Positions 38,064-47,124 of a stretch of DNA of 64,000 bases are shown one piece after another (within the stretch, counting starts at the first letter, position 1; every line of letters starts with the position of its first letter). The position numbers and the translations under genes were made by a program. Below the pieces are notes generated by a model. That model was not told the origin of the DNA. It did no database searches and was given only the letters and a program-made list of their open reading frames with translations. Source of the DNA: Candidatus Eiseniibacteriota bacterium (lineage in GTDB: Bacteria > Eisenbacteria > RBG-16-71-46 > SZUA-252); the NCBI GenBank assembly GCA_003235575.1, contig QJVW01000069.1:9131-73130 (forward strand), written 5' to 3'.

Positions 38064-38804
38064 ATGACGTGCGAACTGAGTGTGAACGTTGACCACGTGG
38101 CCACCGTGCGCCAGGCGCGCGGCGGAAACGAGCCCGATCCGGTGCGCGCGGGGGCGCTGGCGCTCCAGGCGGGGGCGGCCGGCATTACGGTCCATCTTCG
38201 CGAGGATCGGCGACACATTCAGGATCGCGACGTCCATGGCCTGCGCGCCTTGTGCGGCCCGGGGCGGGGCGAGTTGAACCTCGAGATGGCGCTCACCGAG
38301 GAAATGATCGCGATCGCCCTTGCGATCAAGCCCGACCGGGTGACCCTGGTTCCCGAACGCCGCGAGGAGTTGACCACGGAGGGAGGCCTGGACGTCGCGC
38401 TCCACGCCAAAGCCATCGAGGCAGGCGCCGCGCGGCTTCGAGCCGTCGACATTCCGGTCAGCCTGTTCCTCGACCCCGAGGAGGCATTGGCCGCTCCCAC
38501 CCGCGCGGCCGGCGCCACGATCGTCGAAATCCACACGGGCGCCTACGCGAACGCCGGCGACCCGGCCGCCGTGGAGCGCGAGCTGGACCGCATCGGCCGC
38601 GCCGCCGTGGCGTTCGAACGCGAAGGGCTTCGCGTCCATGCCGGCCACGGCCTCACGGTGACGAACGTCGGCCCGCTGCTCCAGCGGTACGCGTTCACCG
38701 AGCTCTCGATCGGGCACACCCTCGTGTCGCGCTCGATCGAAGTCGGGATGGAGGCGGCCGTTCGGGAAATGATCGCCGCCATCGGCGCCGCGCGCCGCCC
38801 GTAA
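38064..38804 (+). CDS. pdxJ: Pyridoxine 5'-phosphate synthase
   Basis: VNVDHVATVRQARG, TVHLREDRRHI, PERREELTTEGG, HAGHGL, SIGH. Confidence 0.97.
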   Translation: MTCELSVNVDHVATVRQARGGNEPDPVRAGALALQAGAAGITVHLREDRRHIQDRDVHGLRALCGPGRGELNLEMALTEEMIAIALAIKPDRVTLVPERREELTTEGGLDVALHAKAIEAGAARLRAVDIPVSLFLDPEEALAAPTRAAGATIVEIHTGAYANAGDPAAVERELDRIGRAAVAFEREGLRVHAGHGLTVTNVGPLLQRYAFTELSIGHTLVSRSIEVGMEAAVREMIAAIGAARRP

Positions 38805-38912
38805 CGCGACGCAGCTTCAACTCACCTTCCTACAGTCGACCATTCAGCCGCTCCAACCGACTGTGTCCCAGTCCTTTGCGCGGTTGTGGGCGCCCGTGTC
38901 GCGGTCGTGGTC

Positions 38913-38952
38913 GTAACACGGAAGGCACAGAACCGTAACATCGCATTCACCC
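38913..38952 (+). promoter_or_regulatory. Pho-box-like array upstream of porin-pstSCA
   Basis: 11-bp-phased units GTAACAC (38913), GGCACAG (38924), GTAACAT (38935), TTCACCC (38946). Confidence 0.7.
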
Positions 38953-39060
38953 CCAGGCCTCACGCTCCCGCTCGACGCCATTGGATCCGGCGCACGGTGC
39001 GAATGCACCTGTTGCGACTCGATACGGATCCCGGTCGGTTGTGGACGAGAAGGAGTGGGA

Positions 39061-40185
39061 ATGACGCAACGAAGGTGGTGGGCCATGGCCGTGGCCGCGG
39101 CGCTTGCCTGGGGTATGGGCACCGTTCGAGGACAGGCCGAGGCCGCGGAGACGGGCTCCGACTACCCCCGCGGAAAGATCAGCGGGTACATCTGGGCCGA
39201 CACGTACTACAACGTGAGCGGCGACCCGGAGCATCGGTACAACTCGAGCGGCGCCGACTCGGCGAACCAGCTGATCAGCGGCTCGTATTCAGGTGGAATG
39301 CCGTCGGTGATCGGGCGCGATCTGAACGGCGTGCAGGTCCGGCGCGTCTACTTTCAGCACGACGGCGAGCTCTCGATCAAGTATTCGACCCGCTTCCGGC
39401 TCGAGGTGGACGGCAAGTCCCTCACGTCGGACGGCAAGTTGGGCGTCAACGTCAAGGCGGCCTATTTCCAAGCCAAGGAAGTCATCCCTCGGGGCAACTT
39501 TCTGGTCGGCGTGATCGGCACGCCCGTTTGGGAGACGTCCGAGGCGGCGTGGGGCTACCGTTCGATCGAGAAGACGATCGCCGACTTCCGAGGCCTGGGC
39601 AGCAGCGCCGACCTCGGGATTCAGATGAAGGGTTATGCCGATGAGGGGCGCAAGGTCGGCTACAACTTCGCGATCGGAAACGGCCTCGGACAGAAGCCCG
39701 AGAACAACCGGTACAAGAAAGTCTACTTCGGCCTTCCGCTTCGTCCCGCGAGCGACCTGACGATCGAGCCGTACGTGGACTACGAGTGGGGCGCGGGCGG
39801 CAAGGACAAGGCCACCTACAAGGTCTTCGTCGGATACGCCATGCGGAAGCTCTCGCTCGGCGCCGAACTGGTCGATCGTGTGAACCACAACCCGTCGGGA
39901 TCCAACACCGAACCCCTTGGACTCTCGTTCTTCGGAACCTATCGGACCAAGGAAACCATGGCGCTCTTCGCCCGCTACGACCGGTATCAGCCGGACACGC
40001 GCGCCGCGGACCGGATCGACGCCGACCTCTACGTCGCGGGCATCGACTGGATGGCGGCCCCGAACGTCTCCATCATGCCCAACGTTCTGGCGACGCAGTA
40101 CCGCGCGCGCGGCGCAGCGGAGGCGCCGCCTCACCACGACGTGCAGGCGCGCGTCACGTTCAACGTCAAGTTCTCGAAGCCGTAG
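39061..40185 (+). CDS. Putative phosphate-related outer-membrane porin
   Basis: AGGAG RBS, signal peptide, amphipathic beta strands, first gene of pst operon. Confidence 0.7.
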   Translation: MTQRRWWAMAVAAALAWGMGTVRGQAEAAETGSDYPRGKISGYIWADTYYNVSGDPEHRYNSSGADSANQLISGSYSGGMPSVIGRDLNGVQVRRVYFQHDGELSIKYSTRFRLEVDGKSLTSDGKLGVNVKAAYFQAKEVIPRGNFLVGVIGTPVWETSEAAWGYRSIEKTIADFRGLGSSADLGIQMKGYADEGRKVGYNFAIGNGLGQKPENNRYKKVYFGLPLRPASDLTIEPYVDYEWGAGGKDKATYKVFVGYAMRKLSLGAELVDRVNHNPSGSNTEPLGLSFFGTYRTKETMALFARYDRYQPDTRAADRIDADLYVAGIDWMAAPNVSIMPNVLATQYRARGAAEAPPHHDVQARVTFNVKFSKP

Positions 40186-40213
40186 TCCGGATTCCAACCA
40201 AGGAGATCACGCG

Positions 40214-41299
40214 ATGACGATGTTCCGATCCAAGGCTCCCGCGGCGAGGCTGCTGCGGGGTGTCGCCATGCTCGCGATGACGCTGACGATGGGCGGAACG
40301 ATGCCGGCGTGCGCCGCGAAGCCCGTGAACCTGACGGGCGCGGGCGCGACGTTCCCGTACCCGATCTACTCGAAGTGGTTCGACATGTACCACCAGAAGA
40401 CCGGCACGCAGGTCAACTACCAGTCGATCGGCAGCGGCGGCGGCATTCAGCAGGTGAAGGCCGGCACGGTCGACTTCGGCGCCTCGGACGCGCCTCTCAA
40501 CGATCAGCGAATGGGGGAGATGCCGAAGCCGGTGGTTCACTTCCCGACGGTGGCGGGCGCGGTGGTTCTGGCCTACAACCTCCCGGGTTTGAAGGCGCCC
40601 CTCCGGATGACCAGCGACGTCGTCGCGGGCATCTATTTGGGTAAGATCACGAAGTGGAACGACAAGGCGATTGCGGCGGCGAACCCGGGGGTGACGCTCC
40701 CGGCGCAGGCGATCCTACCCGTGTACCGCTCCGACGGCAGTGGCACGACCTACATCTTCGTGTCCTACCTCTCGGCCGTGAGCAAGGAGTGGGGCACGAC
40801 GGTCGGCGTCAACACCTCCGTCTCGTGGCCCGCCGGAATCGGCGGCAAGGGAAACGAAGGCGTTTCCGGACTGGTCCGGCAAACACCCGGCTCCATCGGA
40901 TACGTGGAGTTGGCCTACGCCAAGCAGAACAAGTTCACGGTGGCGCATCTCCAGAACGCGGCCGGCAGGTTCGTGGAGCCGACGCTCGCCTCGACGACGG
41001 CCGCCGCCAACGGCGCCGCGGCCGAACTGGCCAAGGACGTTCGCACGCCGATCGTCAATTCGCCCGACCCCGATGCCTATCCCATCGCGGGGCTGACCTT
41101 CCTCCTGGTGACGAAGGATCAGGCGAACGCGGCCAAGGGCCGGGCCATCGCCAGCTTCATCGAATGGGCCATGACCGAAGGGCAGGAACAGGCAGCGGAC
41201 CTGGACTACGCACGACTGCCGGAATCGGTCGTGAACGTGAACATGACGAACCTCCTCTCGCTCACCTCGGCGGGAAAACCGCTCGTGGCGAAGCGGTAG
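40214..41299 (+). CDS. pstS: Phosphate-binding protein PstS
   Basis: GAGATFPYP, YQSIGSGGGI, DFGASD, RSDGSGTT, GKGNEGV, YPI. Confidence 0.97.
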   Translation: MTMFRSKAPAARLLRGVAMLAMTLTMGGTMPACAAKPVNLTGAGATFPYPIYSKWFDMYHQKTGTQVNYQSIGSGGGIQQVKAGTVDFGASDAPLNDQRMGEMPKPVVHFPTVAGAVVLAYNLPGLKAPLRMTSDVVAGIYLGKITKWNDKAIAAANPGVTLPAQAILPVYRSDGSGTTYIFVSYLSAVSKEWGTTVGVNTSVSWPAGIGGKGNEGVSGLVRQTPGSIGYVELAYAKQNKFTVAHLQNAAGRFVEPTLASTTAAANGAAAELAKDVRTPIVNSPDPDAYPIAGLTFLLVTKDQANAAKGRAIASFIEWAMTEGQEQAADLDYARLPESVVNVNMTNLLSLTSAGKPLVAKR

Positions 41300-41300
41300 C

Positions 41301-42281
41301 ATGACCCCGGAACGGTCGGTGGGAACCGCGGGAGCGATGAGCGGTCTTCGCCCCCGCCCGGCCTTTCGCGTCGACGACGTCTACCGCGGCCTCCTCATGG
41401 CGGCCGCGGGCGTCGTCTTCCTGATCGTCTTCCTCATCGCGTTCGAATCGTTCATGGGAGCGCGGCTCTCCATGAAGACGATCGGGTGGAGCTTCCTCTG
41501 GTCCGGCGAGTGGGACCCCGTGGCGGACCACTACGGCGCGCTCCCCTACGTGATCGGCACGCTCTCGACCTCTTTCCTCGCCCTGCTCCTGGCGGTGCCG
41601 CTCGGCGTCGGAAGCGCCGTCTACCTCGCCGAGCTGGCGAGCCGGCGGCTTGGCGCGGTCGTCTCCTTCGTCATGGAACTCCTCGCGGCGATTCCCAGCA
41701 TCGTCTTCGGAATCTGGGGATTCTTCGTTTTGGCGCCGGTGCTGCGAACCACCGTCGAGCCGTGGCTGATCGAGCACTTCGGGTTCATCCCGCTCTTCTC
41801 CGGCGCGCCGTTCGGCATCGGCATCCTCAACGCCGGGATCATTCTCGCCATCATGATCGTGCCGACGATCGTCTCCATTTCGCGCGAGGTTCTACTCGCC
41901 ACTCCGAAGTCGCTTCGCGAAGCGTCCCTGGCGCTCGGCGCGACGCAGGCCGAGTCGATCGGCGTGGCGCTCGACGCGGCGAAGCCCGGTATCCTGGGCG
42001 CCGCGATCCTGGCTCTCGGGAGGGCGCTCGGCGAAACGATGGCCGTGACGATGGTCATCGGCAACACCAACCGGATCCCGACTTCGCTTCTCGACCCGGG
42101 CGCGACGATGGCCAGCGTGATCGCGAACGAATTCACCGAGGCGACCAGTCCGATCTATCTCTCGGCGTTGATCCAGATCGCGCTCGTGCTCTTCCTCGTG
42201 ACCATCGTCATGAACGGGCTGGCGCGGCTCCTGGTCTACTGGGTGACGGGCGGCCGCAGCGACACGGCGGGGGCGGCATGA
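41301..42281 (+). CDS. pstC: Phosphate ABC permease PstC
   Basis: ELLAAIPSIVFGIWG, REASLALGAT, RALGETMAV..VIGN. Confidence 0.96.
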   Translation: MTPERSVGTAGAMSGLRPRPAFRVDDVYRGLLMAAAGVVFLIVFLIAFESFMGARLSMKTIGWSFLWSGEWDPVADHYGALPYVIGTLSTSFLALLLAVPLGVGSAVYLAELASRRLGAVVSFVMELLAAIPSIVFGIWGFFVLAPVLRTTVEPWLIEHFGFIPLFSGAPFGIGILNAGIILAIMIVPTIVSISREVLLATPKSLREASLALGATQAESIGVALDAAKPGILGAAILALGRALGETMAVTMVIGNTNRIPTSLLDPGATMASVIANEFTEATSPIYLSALIQIALVLFLVTIVMNGLARLLVYWVTGGRSDTAGAA

Positions 42282-43111
42282 TGCGTACGCGCCGTCTTTG
42301 GAACCACGCCGTCCTGACCGCCTGCTACGCGGCGGCGGGCATCGTCGTGCTGCCGCTCGTGTTGATCGTGGGCCATCTCCTGGGGAAGGGGGCGGCCGGC
42401 CTCAGCCTGGAATTCTTCACGCACATGCCGAAGCCGGTCGGGGAACTGGGCGGCGGCATGGCGAACGCCATCGTGGGGACCTTGATCATCGTCGGAATCG
42501 CCGGGGCCGTCGCGATCCCGATTGGCGTGGCGGCGGGGGTCTACCTCGCCGAGTACGGTCGCGGGAAGTTCGCGGCGCTCGTCCGCTACACGACCGACGT
42601 ATTGAGCGGCATTCCGTCGATCGTCGTCGGCGTGGCCGCCTACGGACTGGTCGTGGTGCCGATGGGACGGTTCTCCGCGCTTGCGGGGTCGGTGGCGCTC
42701 GCGATCCTCATGTTGCCGACCATCATTCGGAGCACCGAGGAGATGGTGCGCCTCGTGCCCCGCTCCTATCGGGAGGCCGCGCTCGCGCTGGGGGCGCCGC
42801 GGTGGAAGACCGTCCAGCAGGTGGTGCTCCCCGCGGCGCGCGCGGGAATCGTCACCGCCAGCATGCTGGCCGTCGCACGCGCCGCCGGTGAGACGGCGCC
42901 CCTCCTCTTCACGGCCCTCGGAAACCGCTTCTGGTCCCTCAGCCTGGACGAGCCGATGGCGACGCTGCCGGTCTTCATCTACGACTACGCTCGCGCCCCG
43001 TACGACGATTGGAACGCCCAGGCCTGGACCGGCGCCCTGGTCCTGGTTCTGCTCGTGACCATTATTTCGGCGCTCCTGCGCCTGACGGTGCGGAGGGTCC
43101 GGACGGGGTAG
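42278..43111 (+). CDS. pstA: Phosphate ABC permease PstA
   Basis: GVYLAEY, LSGIPSIV, REAALALGA, ARAAGETAPLLFT. Confidence 0.96.
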   Translation: MMRTRRLWNHAVLTACYAAAGIVVLPLVLIVGHLLGKGAAGLSLEFFTHMPKPVGELGGGMANAIVGTLIIVGIAGAVAIPIGVAAGVYLAEYGRGKFAALVRYTTDVLSGIPSIVVGVAAYGLVVVPMGRFSALAGSVALAILMLPTIIRSTEEMVRLVPRSYREAALALGAPRWKTVQQVVLPAARAGIVTASMLAVARAAGETAPLLFTALGNRFWSLSLDEPMATLPVFIYDYARAPYDDWNAQAWTGALVLVLLVTIISALLRLTVRRVRTG

Positions 43112-43131
43112 GCGGGGCAGACCGGCGACGG

Positions 43132-43806
43132 CTACGCCTCGGTCGTTCGCTCCTCGGCGTGGTGCTTGATCACGCGGGCCTCGGCGACGAAGATCGCCTC
43201 TTCGGCGATGTTGGTGGCGAGATCGCCGACGCGTTCCAGGTTGCGGCTGATGAGGAGCAGTTCCAGGGCGGAGGGGACACACTCCGGATCGCGGAGCATC
43301 TTCGCCGATAGCGCGCCGAAGATGTGCGCCTTGTCGGCGTCGATGTCGGAATCGCGCTCACAGACGCGGCGGGCCATCACCGGATCGCCGCGCAGCCACG
43401 CCGAGACGGCGTCCTTCAGCGCGCCGCGCGTCCGCTCGCCCATCCGCGGCAGGTCCTCGGGCGCGGCCATGACCGGGAGGCGGCTCAACTTGATCGCGCC
43501 TTGCGCGATGTTGACCGCGTGATCCCCGATCCGCTCCAGGTCGTTCGAAAGCCGTATCGACGCCACGACGAAGCGCAGATCCCGCGCGACCGGCTGCTGC
43601 AGCCCCAGAAATCGAAGGCAGCTCTCCTCGACTTCCAGCTCGATCTTGTCGATGGCCGGATCGTCGGTGAACACCTCCTCGGCCAGGCGCGGGTTTCGCG
43701 TGCGCACGGCCTCCATCGCCTTCGTCAGGGCGGTCTCCGCCCGCCCCGCCATTTCGCTCAGGCGGTCGCGCAGCGCTTCGAGATCGGTATGAAAGTGTCG
43801 TTCCAC
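43132..43806 (-). CDS. phoU: Phosphate signalling regulator PhoU
   Basis: QQPVARDLR, DLERIGDHA.NIA, NLERVGDLATNIAE. Confidence 0.96.
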   Translation of the reverse strand: MERHFHTDLEALRDRLSEMAGRAETALTKAMEAVRTRNPRLAEEVFTDDPAIDKIELEVEESCLRFLGLQQPVARDLRFVVASIRLSNDLERIGDHAVNIAQGAIKLSRLPVMAAPEDLPRMGERTRGALKDAVSAWLRGDPVMARRVCERDSDIDADKAHIFGALSAKMLRDPECVPSALELLLISRNLERVGDLATNIAEEAIFVAEARVIKHHAEERTTEA

Positions 43807-43828
43807 GTGGGGGCTCCCGGGCGGACGC

Positions 43829-44665
43829 CTATCCGAAACGGCCCGTGATGTAGTCCTCGGTCAACCGCTCCCGCGGCTTGGTGAAGAGCGTCTGCGTCGG
43901 CCCGTACTCCACCAGTTTGCCGGAGAGCATGAACGCGGTGCGATCGGAGATGCGTGCGGCCTGCTGCATATTGTGCGTCACGATCGCGACCGTGACGCTC
44001 TTCTTGATGTCGTGCACCAGCTCTTCGATCTTCGCCGTGGCGATCGGATCCAGCGCGGAGGCCGGTTCGTCGAGGAGCAGCACCTCCGGTTCCACGGCCA
44101 ACGCGCGCGCGATGCAGAGGCGCTGCTGCTGGCCGCCCGAAAGCCCCAGGGCGGAACGCCCCAGACGATCCTTCACCTCGCTCCAGAGCGCGGCGCGCTT
44201 CAGCGCTTCCTCCACCAGGTTCTCCAGCCGCGATTTCTTGCGCACGCCCTGCAGGCGCGGGCCGTAGGAGACGTTGTCGAAGATCGACATCGGAAACGGG
44301 TTGGCGCGCTGGAACACCATGCCGACGCGGCGGCGCAGGTCGACCAGGTCGAGCCCGGCGCCCAGCACGTCCGTTTGGTGAAATCGTATCGCCCCGGCGT
44401 AGCGGATGGGCGGGTAGAGATCGTTCATCCGATTGAAGCAGCGGAGGAGCGACGACTTGCCACACCCCGAGGGTCCGATGATCGCCGTAATGCGATTCCT
44501 GGCGATGGGAAGGCTGACCTCGTGGAGCGCCTGGTGGGATCCGTACCAAAGGGAGAGCCCTTCCGCCTCGAGGGCGGTGGGGGCATCCGGTTCCGGAGTC
44601 GCCGCGACGTTATCGGGCATCTCGACTACCGCGGGTCTGGGGAGCGTTTCGATCAACGAGGCCAT
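43829..44665 (-). CDS. pstB: Phosphate ABC ATPase PstB
   Basis: [46 protein letters not shown]. Confidence 0.97.
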   Translation of the reverse strand: MASLIETLPRPAVVEMPDNVAATPEPDAPTALEAEGLSLWYGSHQALHEVSLPIARNRITAIIGPSGCGKSSLLRCFNRMNDLYPPIRYAGAIRFHQTDVLGAGLDLVDLRRRVGMVFQRANPFPMSIFDNVSYGPRLQGVRKKSRLENLVEEALKRAALWSEVKDRLGRSALGLSGGQQQRLCIARALAVEPEVLLLDEPASALDPIATAKIEELVHDIKKSVTVAIVTHNMQQAARISDRTAFMLSGKLVEYGPTQTLFTKPRERLTEDYITGRFG

Positions 44666-44721
44666 CCTTTCCAGGTTCGCCCAACGATACGAAAAGACCG
44701 CGCCGGATGGTCATGTCATCC

Positions 44722-44739
44722 TTGTTACAAATGGGTTAC
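44722..44739 (-). promoter_or_regulatory. Pho-box-like pair upstream of pstB, overlapping phoR stop
   Basis: Minus strand GTAACCC-attt-GTAACAA, 11-bp period. Confidence 0.65.
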
Positions 44740-46094
44740 GAACCCGGACCCGAAACGGGAAGCTCCAGCCAGAAGGTGCTTCCACGATCGGCCTCGCTTT
44801 CCACGCCGACGGTACCCCCGTGCAACTGAACGGCGTGCTTCACGATGGATAGCCCGAGCCCGGTCCCGCCCTGCGCCCGCGAACGGGCCTGGTCGGCCCG
44901 GTAGAAGCGCTCGAAGATCCGGGCGAGGTGCTCGGGTGCGATTCCCCTTCCCGAGTCCGCCACCGAAATCCGTGCGCGCGACGTCCCGGGCACGAGGTGA
45001 ATCCGAACCCACCCTTTCTCGGTGTACTTGATCGCGTTGTCGATCAGATTGCGGATCGCCAGTTCCAACCGCTTCCGGTCGCAGCGAATTCGCGTGCCCG
45101 GCGCCGCGTCGAGTTCGAACGCCAGCCCTCGGCGGGCCGCCAAATCCTCGAATGGCTCCGCCATTTCCCGGAGCAACTCGCCCAGGTCCCAATCCTTGAG
45201 CTCCAACTCCGCGTCCGGCCGTTCCAGATCCGCAAGCGATAGAAGGTCGTCCACCAGCGCTTCCAGCCGGCTCGCCTGGGCTCGTATCGTTTCGACGAAC
45301 TTACCGCGGTGCTCCTCGTCGTGCAAACCGCCCTGGAGCAGCGTTTCGGTGTAGCCGAGGATCGAGGTCAACGGGGTCTTCAATTCATGCGACACGTTGG
45401 CCACGAACTCGCGGCGAATCTCCGCCGCGCGCCTCTCGGGACCGAGGTCCTCGATCGTCAGAAGCCAGGCCTCGGGCGTCGCCCCATCGCCCACGGGCGC
45501 CACCGTCGCTTCGACGTCCAGTCGCTCCGACAGATAAAGAGAGACCTCCCGGGTCACCGCGCGTCCGGCCCGGCGCGCGTCCTCTACGGCCTCCTGGAGG
45601 GCCGGCTGCCTGGCCACGGAGAGGTGCGCCCCGCGATCCGGCGCCTCCACTTCCACCGATTCCCAGAACCGCGCGTTGGCATGCCGGATGGTGAGATCGG
45701 GGGCGATCAAAGCCACGCCCTGGGGCAGATAGTCGAGGGCGGCGGCGCTCTCGTCGCGCCCGCGCTCCAGCTCGTTCCGATCCCGTTCGGCCCGATCCGC
45801 GATCTCGTTCAGCGATCGCGCCAGACCCCCCAAGTCGTCGTGATATTCCACGGCGGCGCGCGCCGAGAGCTCACCCGACGCCAGCCGGGCGGCGGCGTCC
45901 TCCAGCACCCTGAGACGGCGGGCGAGCCGGACGAGGAGCGCGTAGGTCAGGACGGCCACGAGGATGACGGCGATGGCGAGGAGCGACCAGAGGCGCACGC
46001 CGGCCCCGGGCCCGATCAACAGCCCGGCCAGCGTCACGACTACGACGAGGACCCCGAGAAGGGAGGCGTAGAGGCGCCGAATCGTCGGACCCAC
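44736..46094 (-). CDS. phoR: PhoR-type sensor histidine kinase (2TM-HAMP-PAS-HisKA-HATPase)
   Basis: EFVANVSHELKTPLTSI, NLIDNAIKY, DSGRGI, RIFERFYR, GGTGLGLSIVKH. Confidence 0.9.
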   Translation of the reverse strand: MGPTIRRLYASLLGVLVVVVTLAGLLIGPGAGVRLWSLLAIAVILVAVLTYALLVRLARRLRVLEDAAARLASGELSARAAVEYHDDLGGLARSLNEIADRAERDRNELERGRDESAAALDYLPQGVALIAPDLTIRHANARFWESVEVEAPDRGAHLSVARQPALQEAVEDARRAGRAVTREVSLYLSERLDVEATVAPVGDGATPEAWLLTIEDLGPERRAAEIRREFVANVSHELKTPLTSILGYTETLLQGGLHDEEHRGKFVETIRAQASRLEALVDDLLSLADLERPDAELELKDWDLGELLREMAEPFEDLAARRGLAFELDAAPGTRIRCDRKRLELAIRNLIDNAIKYTEKGWVRIHLVPGTSRARISVADSGRGIAPEHLARIFERFYRADQARSRAQGGTGLGLSIVKHAVQLHGGTVGVESEADRGSTFWLELPVSGPGS

Positions 46095-46130
46095 GCGGGC
46101 ACTTTACCACCCCGCGGCGGCCGGGGCGCG

Positions 46131-46835
46131 CTACTTGGTCGTCGCCGGAAGCTCGGCGGAATAGCCGACGCCGGTGACGGTCCGAATCAGCGCCGCGTCC
46201 TTGCCCAGCTTGGCCCGCAAGCGGCGAACGTGGACGTCCACCGTGCGCGTCTCGCCGAAGTAGCCCAGGCCCCAGACCTTGTCGAGGAGCTGCTCTCGGG
46301 AGAAGACCTTGCCGGGGCGCTGGAGCAGGTGCTCGAGCAGGCGGTACTCCGTGGGAGTGAGGTGCACTTCCCGCTGGCGCAGAAATACCTGGTGGCGCTC
46401 GCGGTCGAATCGGAACGGCCCGATCTCGTCCTTGCCCGTCGGCTCGTCGGGGCGCGTTCGGCGGAGGACGGCGCCCACCCGCGCCACCAGCTCCTTGGGC
46501 GAGAACGGCTTCGTCAGATAGTCGTCGGCCCCCCGCTCGAACCCGATCAGTTTGTCCATCTCGGTGCTGCGGGCCGTTAGGAGGAGGACCGGCAGGGAGC
46601 GTGTTCTCGGCTCGCCGCGGATCGCCTCCAGGACCTCGATGCCGCTTCGTTTCGGGAGGAGCAGGTCGAGCACGACGAGGTCGGGCGGGGACTGGTAGAT
46701 CCGTTCCAGGGCGCTCTCGCCGTCGGCCGCCTCGAGGACGCGGTACCCCTCGCGGGTGAGGTTGTACCGGACGAGCTCCACGATCTCGGGCTCGTCGTCG
46801 ACCACCAATATGGTGGAGCGTGAAGTCTTGGGCAC
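46131..46835 (-). CDS. phoB: PhoB/PhoP-type response regulator
   Basis: ILVVDDE, VLDLLLP, GADDYLTKPF, TRTVDVHVRRLR, TVTGVGY; GTG start at 46835. Confidence 0.88.
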   Translation of the reverse strand: MPKTSRSTILVVDDEPEIVELVRYNLTREGYRVLEAADGESALERIYQSPPDLVVLDLLLPKRSGIEVLEAIRGEPRTRSLPVLLLTARSTEMDKLIGFERGADDYLTKPFSPKELVARVGAVLRRTRPDEPTGKDEIGPFRFDRERHQVFLRQREVHLTPTEYRLLEHLLQRPGKVFSREQLLDKVWGLGYFGETRTVDVHVRRLRAKLGKDAALIRTVTGVGYSAELPATTK

Positions 46836-46947
46836 GTCCGCGTAGGACCCTCTGGTTCGGGCCGGTTGGGACACCTTGATCGGCGTGGATCTGGGCCGGC
46901 CGCAGTTTACCACGCGGCTACAGGATGGGCCCGAGGATGCCGGCGGG

Positions 46948-46987
46948 GAGTTTCCGACCGGCGTCGGAGAGGTTTCGATCACGTTAC
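46948..46987 (-). promoter_or_regulatory. Pho-box-like array upstream of phoB (autoregulation)
   Basis: Minus-strand units starting 46987 GTAACGT, 46976 GAAACCT, 46965 GACGCCG, 46954 GAAACTC: 11-bp period. Confidence 0.55.
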
Positions 46988-47035
46988 GGACGTGCCCGGT
47001 CCCCCCATCGCCCCACCCCATTTACACTTGCCTCA

Positions 47036-47064
47036 TTGACTTCCCGCCAGGGGTCGGGTAGCCT
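47036..47064 (+). promoter_or_regulatory. Putative sigma70 promoter for secDF
   Basis: TTGACT-N17-TAGCCT. Confidence 0.55.
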
Positions 47065-47124
47065 CGTCCGTCTCGATTGACTTCCGCCCAAGGTTTCCCG
47101 GCTCCGGGAAATACAGGAGCAACC

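Noticed and set aside
43799..43814. parS-like sequences at the phoU start and near 62468-62483
   Set aside because: Four or more mismatches or only one half-site; in coding context
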